64,000 nucleotides of DNA from the NCBI GenBank assembly GCA_001029755.1, contig CP011214.1, positions 365,767 to 429,766 on the forward strand, read 5' to 3'. This DNA is from Candidatus Woesebacteria bacterium GW2011_GWF1_31_35. GTDB lineage: Bacteria; Patescibacteriota; Microgenomatia; UBA8517. A program made the translations under genes and the position numbers. Shown in pieces: positions 1-7,522 of this stretch. Every line of letters begins with the position of its first letter. The stretch's first letter is position 1. Under the pieces are notes generated by a model. It did not search any database. It was not told where the DNA came from and was given only the letters and a program-made list of their open reading frames with translations.

Positions 1-957
1 TAATTCATTTGTTAGTTTATTTTTAAGAATTAAACATGGTCCATCATCGAAGTTGTTCACCTTAAGTATTCCCCAATATGTTTTGATACGTAAACCAGTA
101 AATATATATTTATAAACCTCGGCAAAATCTTCTGCTGGTGATAAACTCCAAACTTGTCCATCTCTTGGTGTATCATTTGGAATATTTCTTAATTGATAAT
201 ATTTGATCCAATCTTCCTCTGTCATTTTACTTTCTATAAAATGTCCAAGTTCGTGGGTTAAAATATCGTCAATCTCATAGATTTTATCTTTATTTAAATA
301 TATTATAAATATTTCTCCATCCTTTATATCACGATAGCAATTAAATGAAGTGTGGCTTTTATATTGACCAATATATCCTCCACCTCTTAGGAAAATAGGA
401 CCCAACTCTGGAACATCCATTTCTCCATAGGGTGTATCAATTTTGTCATTTGGTTTGATAGCTAGGGTATTAACTATAACGATAGCAATATTTTCTAAAA
501 ATCTTTTTGGAAATTTAGATTTATAAATAACTTGGGTAATATTATTTTTAATATCATCAGTTAATGCAACTGAATTGGGGTAATCAAGTTGACCCAAAAG
601 AAATGTATATCCAACATTGTTTACTTCTTCTAAGGGAACACCTTTATTGATACAAGGTTGTAATGTGTCCATGCGATTTTGAGATAAATATGTTATAGAT
701 TTTGGCTGTTTATTAAACTTAGCCATAGTATTGTCAAGGAAGTCAGATTTTACAAAATCAAAATAATATGCCAAAAGAACAAAGATTAAAAAAACTAACA
801 AAGTTAATATTAAAATATATATCTTAGGGAATTTTTCGACAGGTTGAATAAAGTTTATACTAATTGGTTTAGTTAATATTTTTTCTTGATCAGTTGTTAT
901 ATTTTGGGGTATTGGAGGAATATCTTGACTAGCTTGGACTTTATTTAAAAGATCCAT
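1..957 (-). CDS. Membrane-anchored zinc metallopeptidase (HEXXH, zincin-like); runs off the window edge
   Basis: Not in the ORF track. Translated by hand from ATG at 957: MDLLNKVQ..., an N-terminal hydrophobic helix, then ILTHELGHFI and SPAEDFAE motifs. The frame appears open to position 1. Confidence 0.75.
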   Translation of the reverse strand, partial: MDLLNKVQASQDIPPIPQNITTDQEKILTKPISINFIQPVEKFPKIYILILTLLVFLIFVLLAYYFDFVKSDFLDNTMAKFNKQPKSITYLSQNRMDTLQPCINKGVPLEEVNNVGYTFLLGQLDYPNSVALTDDIKNNITQVIYKSKFPKRFLENIAIVIVNTLAIKPNDKIDTPYGEMDVPELGPIFLRGGGYIGQYKSHTSFNCYRDIKDGEIFIIYLNKDKIYEIDDILTHELGHFIESKMTEEDWIKYYQLRNIPNDTPRDGQVWSLSPAEDFAEVYKYIFTGLRIKTYWGILKVNNFDDGPCLILKNKLTNEL

Positions 958-1046
958 AATACTAGCTTCTCAAAGTACTGATTAATTGTCAAACTTATTT
1001 AGAAGTAAACCTTTTTCCTATATACCCAACGCTTAACTGGCGTCCC

Positions 1047-1073
1047 TCACGGCGTAGCCGTGATATGCTTGAC
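1047..1073 (+). other. Putative rolling-circle double-strand origin, copy 1
   Basis: Hairpin TCACGGC-GTA-GCCGTGA followed by TATGCTTGAC. CTTGA resembles the phiX174/pC194 nick context CTTG^A. It is nested in a larger stem CCCAACGC...GCGTTGGG (1025-1087). Confidence 0.55.
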
Positions 1074-1155
1074 GACAGTGCGTTGGGGATTGTTTTTTAA
1101 AATAAAAAAGATTAATATCTTTTTGCTACTGGACTGATAGGCATATCAATAAATC

Positions 1156-1335
1156 ATGGTGGCATCCACAAAGGATGCCGACAACAAATTAAAATTATTA
1201 CTTCAAAAAAAGTTGTCTTGTGTTTTGTCTGAAGAAGAATTTATTGAATGTCGGTATTCGCTTATTAAATTAGGTCGAGCTTTAGCTAGATGGCATGAAA
1301 TCTCCTATGGGAGAAAAAATGCCCGAATTTGTTAA
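1156..1335 (+). CDS. Small 59-aa hypothetical protein (possible regulator or directionality factor)
   Basis: Hand translation: MVASTKDADNKLKLLLQKKLSCVLSEEEFIECRYSLIKLGRALARWHEISYGRKNARIC*. It overlaps the Rep start. Confidence 0.5.
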   Translation: MVASTKDADNKLKLLLQKKLSCVLSEEEFIECRYSLIKLGRALARWHEISYGRKNARIC

Positions 1336-2197
1336 AAGTGGTAGTGCTACACCTCGCGATAGCGAGGTGCTATGCTTGACTAATATTAGAACAATTCAAC
1401 AGGATGGTTCTAATAAACCTAGGAAAAATAATTATGGAAAACCTGCCAGAATTTTTTCTTCCCCGCCTCATTTTTGTAAAAAACATCATGTTGTACTTTT
1501 AAAGAAAGACAGAAGTAATACATTTTATTCGGCTCAATCTTTTGGGATCTCATGCAATATGTGGTCTTGCCCTGTGTGTAGAATGTCAAAGACTAAAAAG
1601 TTAAGATGGCTTTTGATTCAAGTTATAAAGTTAAATAATTTAAATCACACGTTTACAATTACACTTGATCCATCAAAAATTCCATCAAAATATTTAACTA
1701 AATACAATAGCTCAGGTCATTATCTCTCATTTTTATTTAATAGATTTATGACATATCTTAGGAGGTTAATGAAAAGACCTATTAAATATGTTTGGGTAAA
1801 AGAATTCCAACAAAAAACTGGTAATGCTCACTTACATCTAATGTTTAATATGTATTTACCTATTAATCCGATTAGAAACTATTGGTCAAAAATTGGTGGT
1901 GGAGTGCAAATGGAAATTGAACAAGTTAGATCTATTGAGGGAAGTGCCGTCTATTTTTCTAAATATGTAACTGATATGGCAAATTCTATTGAAAACTTTA
2001 CTGTTGGAGAAAAACATTATTCAATTTCTCGTTCTTGTATAAAACCTGTTAAAAAATATATTCCCAAAATTGATATTGATGATTTATTTAGGCAACTTCC
2101 CATTGATATATTTTTTCTGGTGTATAATCTTTTATTAAATCCTAGTACTGATGAAGAAATAATACTTGCCCCACATCAGGAAGAATTAGACATATGA
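1295..2197 (+). CDS. HUH rolling-circle replication initiator (Rep); likely start ATG 1319
   Basis: Motif I FTITL, motif II AHLHLM, motif III YFSKY and a Cys cluster CNMWSCPVC. A GGAG RBS precedes 1319. Confidence 0.85.
   Translation: MKSPMGEKMPEFVKSGSATPRDSEVLCLTNIRTIQQDGSNKPRKNNYGKPARIFSSPPHFCKKHHVVLLKKDRSNTFYSAQSFGISCNMWSCPVCRMSKTKKLRWLLIQVIKLNNLNHTFTITLDPSKIPSKYLTKYNSSGHYLSFLFNRFMTYLRRLMKRPIKYVWVKEFQQKTGNAHLHLMFNMYLPINPIRNYWSKIGGGVQMEIEQVRSIEGSAVYFSKYVTDMANSIENFTVGEKHYSISRSCIKPVKKYIPKIDIDDLFRQLPIDIFFLVYNLLLNPSTDEEIILAPHQEELDI
1350..1380 (+). other. Putative rolling-circle double-strand origin, copy 2 (inside the 5' end of rep)
   Basis: Hairpin CACCTCGC-GATA-GCGAGGTG followed by C and the identical TATGCTTGAC. 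Confidence 0.6.
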
Positions 2198-3720
2198 AAT
2201 ATATAATTTATTGTCGTAAATCAACAGAAGATGATAGTCGTCAGGTTCAATCACTTGAAACACAAATTACATTACTTGATGAGTTGGCTAAAAGATGTAA
2301 TTTAGATGTTGTGGATAGATTACAGGAATCTAGAAGTGCTAAAAAATCTGATAACCGACCATTGTTTAATTTCCTAATTGAAAGAATTAAAAGTGGGGAA
2401 GTTGAAGGAATTCTTACTGCTCATATTGATAGGCTTAGTAGAAACGGTACAGAGGCTGCAATAATTACAAAACTTCTTGAAGAGAGGAAGTTAAAAGAAA
2501 TTAGAACTCCGTCAGATATTTTTAATTCACCACAAGATATTTTATTTATGGATATCAAATTTGCTTTCTCGTCATATTATTCAAGAGATCTAAGCGTTAA
2601 GGTAAAAGAGGGGATACAAACAAAATTAAAAAAAGGAGAATTTCCCAATATGGCACCTTTAGGATATTTAAATAAAGATAAAAAAATATATCCCAATCCA
2701 GAATTTGCGCCACTAGTTAAGAGAGTTTTTAATTTATATTCGTCTGGAGATTATTCATTAAATGATTTGGTTACTAAATTATATGATGGGGGTTTTAGAT
2801 CTAAAAATGGTTCAAAATTTAGAAAATCTACATATGAAAGGATGTTAAAAAATCCAGTCTATGTTGGTTTAGTAAGATGTAACGGAATAATTTACAAAGG
2901 TATTCATGAACCTATTATTTCAGAAGAGCTGTTTGAATCTTGTCAAAATATTAATAAATTTAAGAGTCGTCCAAGACTAATTAAACATGATTTTCTATAT
3001 AGAGGTTTTGTTAAATGTGCAGTTTGTGGTTGTATGTTTACAACTTCTTTAAAGACAAAACCTAGTCAGAAAAGATATATTTATTATTACTGTACTAACG
3101 GTAAGTTTATTTGTGATCAACACAAAAGTTATTTAAGAGATAATAAAATTAATGATTTAGCTCAATCTATCTTTGATAATATTTCTGAAACATTTGATTC
3201 TGAAATAGCTCAACTTTCACTCGAAGCCTATTATCAAAGCATCAAAGATGAAACGAAGTTTGAAGAACAAAGTAAAACTAATACAGAACAGTTAATTAAG
3301 AAGAATAAAGAAAAACAAAACAAATTACTTGATCTCTTATTAGAAGAGGGTGTTACCCAAGAAACATACGATACAAAACTAGAGTTACTAAAAACAGAAG
3401 AAAGAGAGTTAATTAAGAAACAAAACAATAAAAAACCTACCAACCCCGATGTTACTTTGGAACTCTTAAATAACTTCAAAAGTGAGGCTATTTCGCTTAA
3501 AAATGTGTTTTCTGGGGGTGATGATGAGGTAAAACAGGATTTATTAAAATCGGCACTTTGGAACTTTTCAGTCAAAGATGGGAAAGTGGCGAAAGTAAGG
3601 TATAAAAGATTATATGAAAAGGTCGCAAAAGTGTCAAAAAGTGACGATTTTGCACAATGGCTGGGGGACAGGGATTCGGACCCCGATACCATCCTCCAAA
3701 AAGATGTGTCCTGCCGTTAG
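2194..3720 (+). CDS. Large serine recombinase (integrase)
   Basis: YCRKS catalytic Ser motif, DRLSR, recombinase domain (APLGY, NPVYVG), Zn ribbon (CAVCG...YYYC) and coiled coil. Confidence 0.93.
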   Translation: MKYIIYCRKSTEDDSRQVQSLETQITLLDELAKRCNLDVVDRLQESRSAKKSDNRPLFNFLIERIKSGEVEGILTAHIDRLSRNGTEAAIITKLLEERKLKEIRTPSDIFNSPQDILFMDIKFAFSSYYSRDLSVKVKEGIQTKLKKGEFPNMAPLGYLNKDKKIYPNPEFAPLVKRVFNLYSSGDYSLNDLVTKLYDGGFRSKNGSKFRKSTYERMLKNPVYVGLVRCNGIIYKGIHEPIISEELFESCQNINKFKSRPRLIKHDFLYRGFVKCAVCGCMFTTSLKTKPSQKRYIYYYCTNGKFICDQHKSYLRDNKINDLAQSIFDNISETFDSEIAQLSLEAYYQSIKDETKFEEQSKTNTEQLIKKNKEKQNKLLDLLLEEGVTQETYDTKLELLKTEERELIKKQNNKKPTNPDVTLELLNNFKSEAISLKNVFSGGDDEVKQDLLKSALWNFSVKDGKVAKVRYKRLYEKVAKVSKSDDFAQWLGDRDSDPDTILQKDVSCR

Positions 3721-3731
3721 ACGATCCCCCA
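3658..3731 (-). tRNA. tRNA-Gln(TTG), T-loop TCCGAAT
   Basis: Cloverleaf TGGGGGA...TCCCCCA-G-CCA, anticodon loop TT-TTG-GA. Confidence 0.92.
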
Positions 3732-3758
3732 ATAGAAACAATGCATATTGTATCAAAT

Positions 3759-4452
3759 CTAGACTTTAAATTCTTTGCAGATTCCCTGAATCCAGCCAGT
3801 AACTTTTCTGTTAGTATCTGTACTGTTTCTTACAGTTATTCTTAATACTCCATTATAATTTCCACCTTTATTTTTTCTAAATGAATTTACCTTGTTTTTC
3901 TTAAAGTAGATTTTATTTAAATTTTGTATTGGAAATTTTGTTATTCTTGACCAAAATAATGGAAGTTCTTTTGGGGGTCTTTTTGTAGGTTTCATGTATA
4001 TATATTTCAAATTTTATACCACTTGGCTTTATTAAAAGACATTTTTTGAGCCAGAGAAGATATATCCTAATCATCTTGGGATCACTATTACTAAAAATAA
4101 GCTCCTTACTGGGATCATGTACTTTTTGTTTGCTACCCTCAGTCCAATAAAGAACGATTCCAATGATTTTGAGGTGGAAATTATTTAATTTTACAATTTC
4201 CTTACTTGATTGATCAATTATTTGTTTTGTTTTCTCAATTCTTTTTTGTTTTAGAGCTATACTACCAAATTTTCTAGCTTTTGCGTTTTTTAATCTCAAT
4301 CTTTTAACTTGTAGATTTGTGATTTTAATATTTCGTAACTACTCTGATAATGAAGATTTAGAAACTTTTAATTTTTTTAGTATTTCGGAATATGAATATC
4401 CAAGCTTTCTAAACTCTATTGCTTTTTGCCTGTCTATCAATTTAGCTCTCAT
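3759..4452 (-). pseudogene. tRNA-adjacent HTH + LAGLIDADG-like protein with one in-frame stop and one frameshift
   Basis: ATG 4452 MRAKLIDRQKAIEFRKLGYSYSEI...SLSE*LRNI (TAG at 4339-4341). It continues through LYWTEG and FSNSDP, then shifts frame near 3970-3985 into ORF 3759..4010. Confidence 0.75.
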
Positions 4453-4534
4453 TACTTAATAATAGACCGAAGTGATGACGAATATCAAGCATATTGTGGA
4501 TGATTATTATAATAAGGTATAATACAGTGTTCGT

Positions 4535-4606
4535 GGGCCCGTAGCTCAGTGGTAGAGCGGTTCCCTTTTAAGGAAAAGGTCGATGGTCCGATCCCATCCG
4601 GGCTCA
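4535..4606 (+). tRNA. tRNA-Lys(TTT), T-loop TCCGATC
   Basis: GGGCCCG/CGGGCTC acceptor stem, anticodon loop CT-TTT-AA. Confidence 0.93.
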
Positions 4607-4630
4607 CATATACGCCATTTTTTTAAAAAT

Positions 4631-4702
4631 GGCCCCTTCGTCTATCGGTTAGGACACTAGGTTTTCATCCTAGTAAGGGCAGTCCGACTCTGCCAGGGGT
4701 CA
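4631..4702 (+). tRNA. tRNA-Glu(TTC), T-loop TCCGACT
   Basis: GGCCCCT/AGGGGTC acceptor stem, CTAGG/CCTAG anticodon stem, loop TT-TTC-AT. Confidence 0.93.
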
Positions 4703-4741
4703 CATATTGCATTAATACTCTTTGTAGTATTAAATTAATTA

Positions 4742-5323
4742 ATGACCGTTTCAAACACCGAACCACCTTTGGTTGATGTTAAAGTTACTAATCCTGTTAC
4801 TTATCTTCGTCGTTGGTGGGAAAAAGTAATGGATAAGGAGGGAGTTTATTTTAGCTTTAGAATCCATCCAATTACAGCCTTTTTAATAGCTTTTGGTTTA
4901 ACTGCTGGAATTTTTAGTATTGGAAGATATTCAGTAAATATTCCATTTTTAAAATATGAAGTAGAAGATACAACAAAAACATCTCCAACCTTTGAACCTA
5001 TTTGGAAAGAAACTGCCTTTACAGGAAAACTCCAGTATAGCCCTGTTGGATCTAAATATTTTTTAATAACAACATCATCTGAAGCAATAACCTTAGAAGT
5101 ACCAAATAATTTAGATCTATTTACCCTAATAGGCAAAAGAATCTTCGCGGTAGGGGAATACAATAAGCAAACTAAAATTTTAAAGGTTGCTGATGTAAAA
5201 GATTTAGAAGTTTTATCTAAAACTCCAATTCCAATCCCAACCATAATAGCTACGCCTGCAGCAACTCCTAGTTCTACACCTATCCCGACAGATGTCATAG
5301 ACAATTCACAAACAAACCTATAA
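4742..5323 (+). CDS. Hypothetical single-pass membrane protein (OB-fold-like domain, Pro/Thr tail)
   Basis: One hydrophobic helix, a beta-rich domain and a TP-rich C-terminus. Confidence 0.7.
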   Translation: MTVSNTEPPLVDVKVTNPVTYLRRWWEKVMDKEGVYFSFRIHPITAFLIAFGLTAGIFSIGRYSVNIPFLKYEVEDTTKTSPTFEPIWKETAFTGKLQYSPVGSKYFLITTSSEAITLEVPNNLDLFTLIGKRIFAVGEYNKQTKILKVADVKDLEVLSKTPIPIPTIIATPAATPSSTPIPTDVIDNSQTNL

Positions 5324-5334
5324 AATTTTCTGAT

Positions 5335-5979
5335 ATGGAAATTTTGTCAGGGATTGTAGGTTTTATTCTACATATTGATACCCATCTGGGGCAGATAATT
5401 AATGATTATGGAACTTTATCCTACTTAATATTATTTGCGATAATATTTGCAGAAACAGGGTTTGTTTTTACTCCATTTTTACCTGGAGATTCACTTCTTT
5501 TTGCGGCTGGAGCTTTTGCAGCCCTGGGATCATTTAATATACTTTTAGTTTTAGGAGTTTTGTGGTTGGCTGCATTCTTAGGAGATACAGTAAATTATTG
5601 GATAGGCCATTTTTTTGGTCAAGCATTGATTGATAATCCTAAAATTCCACTTAAAAAGGAACATATTGAAAAAACTCAAAAATTCTATGATAAATACGGT
5701 GGGAAAACCATATTTTTAGCTAGATTTGTGCCTATTGTTAGAACATTTGCACCATTTGTAGCAGGTGTTGGTAAAATGCATTACGGTAACTTTATTAAAT
5801 ATAATTTGATGGGTGGTTTGGTTTGGGTATCTGGTTTCACACTTTTAGGATACTTTTTTGGAAATATAGAATTTGTTAAGAAAAATTTTTCTTTAGTAGT
5901 TCTTGTTATAATTCTATTATCAGTAGTACCAATTATATATGAATTTACAAAAGCCAAACTCTCCAAAAATAAAAAATAA
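5335..5979 (+). CDS. dedA: DedA family membrane protein
   Basis: FAETG...FLPGDSLLF and ARFVPIVRTFAPFVAG motifs. Confidence 0.92.
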   Translation: MEILSGIVGFILHIDTHLGQIINDYGTLSYLILFAIIFAETGFVFTPFLPGDSLLFAAGAFAALGSFNILLVLGVLWLAAFLGDTVNYWIGHFFGQALIDNPKIPLKKEHIEKTQKFYDKYGGKTIFLARFVPIVRTFAPFVAGVGKMHYGNFIKYNLMGGLVWVSGFTLLGYFFGNIEFVKKNFSLVVLVIILLSVVPIIYEFTKAKLSKNKK

Positions 5980-6997
5980 TTTTATTTATTTATCTGTTTT
6001 AATATTTGCATTTTTAACATTTGTTTTTATTAATAGGCAAAGTTTGTTTATAAAGTTTGGTCCTAATTTAATTAATAACTATTTAAGGTCTCAAGATATT
6101 TTAGATACTGAAAATAAGATAAAAGATAGAATACTTATCTCTGATAGTGATATTTATATCGCAAGTGGATATATGTATGCAAACGGAATAGATCCAAGAA
6201 AATACAATTTTCAACATCCTCCATTTATTAAATATTTGTTTGGCTTATCTTCAAAATACTTTAATTTACCACTTCTACCTAATATCTTTTTTGCTGGTTT
6301 TTTGATTTTGGGAGTTTATCTTTTGGGTATCAATGTTTTTAAAAACCCAACAATTGGATTTTTAGCTTCAATCTTATTAATGTTTGACCCGGTTTTTAAA
6401 GAAGTAACAATATATGCATTACTTGATTTAGGACAAATTGTATTTATATTATGGTTTCTTATAATAAGTCTTTTCTATCCAAAACATTATCTTATTGAAG
6501 GAATTCTATTAGGTCTTGCTTTAGCCTCTAAATTTTGGACCCCAGTCTTAATATTTTTAGGGATTTTATATATTTATAAACTTTTGGTTATGAAAATAAA
6601 TATTAAAAATGAACTCATTATTTTATTTATTGCATTTTTAACATTTTGCTTAACATATGTAGTTAGTTTTATTAAATCTGACGGACTTTTTAACATCTTT
6701 TTCTGGCAGGCAAAACTATTAAAGTTTATGCTAGAACATAACGTTGCTACCAAGTGGGGTAGTACTTTAAAAATGTTTTTTGGAGGATATTTACTTTGGC
6801 CAATTATATTTTTTGTAAATTTATATTTATTATTCAAAACTAAGATTAAAGAGGTTAAGTTTTTAATTTATTTATTACCAATACTTTATTTATTTTTGCT
6901 AACTTTTCAACTTTCCTTTACTCGTTATTTCATTTTGATCTTACCTTTTCTATACCTAAGTTTAGGAAAATTCGTAGTTTCTAAATTAAAAAAATGA
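5939..6997 (+). CDS. GT-C fold (PMT/ArnT-like) membrane glycosyltransferase
   Basis: NFQHPPFIKYL motif, many TM helices, LALASK and RYFILILP. Confidence 0.75.
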   Translation: MNLQKPNSPKIKNNFIYLSVLIFAFLTFVFINRQSLFIKFGPNLINNYLRSQDILDTENKIKDRILISDSDIYIASGYMYANGIDPRKYNFQHPPFIKYLFGLSSKYFNLPLLPNIFFAGFLILGVYLLGINVFKNPTIGFLASILLMFDPVFKEVTIYALLDLGQIVFILWFLIISLFYPKHYLIEGILLGLALASKFWTPVLIFLGILYIYKLLVMKINIKNELIILFIAFLTFCLTYVVSFIKSDGLFNIFFWQAKLLKFMLEHNVATKWGSTLKMFFGGYLLWPIIFFVNLYLLFKTKIKEVKFLIYLLPILYLFLLTFQLSFTRYFILILPFLYLSLGKFVVSKLKK

Positions 6998-7511
6998 TTG
7001 TGTTATAGTTAATATATAAATATATGAAAAGGTTTACTTTCATTTTTACATACATCATTTTAATGGCAATTCCTGCTTCAATAGTTCTCTTTTTTGTTTA
7101 TGACCTGATCAATATTGAAGCCCTTATTGTTGTAATATTAACCTCACTTTTTATAGGTGGAATCTTAGAAATCTGGGCAGTTAAACAAGGAAGGGGAGAT
7201 AAATTTTATATTTGGGAATATAGTAATAAAACTACTCTCGGGAAAAAAATACTGGGTGTGGCTGTTGAAGATTTAATTCTTTTTTTAATCCTTACTCCAA
7301 TTTTTTGCATAGCCATGTGGGAGTTCGTAAAAAAATATGTTGTCACAGGCAATATCCCTCTGAAAATAGTTTTACCTACGGGGTTGATTTTTATATTTAT
7401 TACATATTTTTTTGTCTATCGAATTACTAATAAAAATAAAAAATAACACAAGAGTTTTAAATTGATTTTTACTATTTCATTTTGATCTTACCTTTTCTAT
7501 ACTTAAGTTTA
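6926..7511. repeat. 39-bp direct repeat (6926-6964 and 7473-7511) flanking gene 7024..7446
   Basis: TATTTCATTTTGATCTTACCTTTTCTATAC(C/T)TAAGTTTA, 38/39 identical. Confidence 0.9.
7024..7446 (+). CDS. Small membrane protein, lycopene-cyclase-domain-like
   Basis: About four TM helices and a W-x-Y...LGVAVED-L pattern. Confidence 0.55.
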   Translation: MKRFTFIFTYIILMAIPASIVLFFVYDLINIEALIVVILTSLFIGGILEIWAVKQGRGDKFYIWEYSNKTTLGKKILGVAVEDLILFLILTPIFCIAMWEFVKKYVVTGNIPLKIVLPTGLIFIFITYFFVYRITNKNKK

Positions 7512-7522
7512 TCTAATTTATT

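Larger units (their letters stand above)
1..3720. mobile_element. Integrated rolling-circle element (HUH Rep + large serine recombinase) at the 3' end of tRNA-Gln; left boundary outside the window
   Basis: Rep and recombinase are coupled (ATGA overlap at 2194-2197). The recombinase runs into the antisense of tRNA-Gln, and origin-like hairpins lie upstream. Confidence 0.7.

Noticed and set aside
4339-4341. In-frame TAG as evidence of stop-codon recoding
   Set aside because: The same gene also has a frameshift, and TGA and TAA end intact genes normally. Pseudogenisation under code 11 is simpler.
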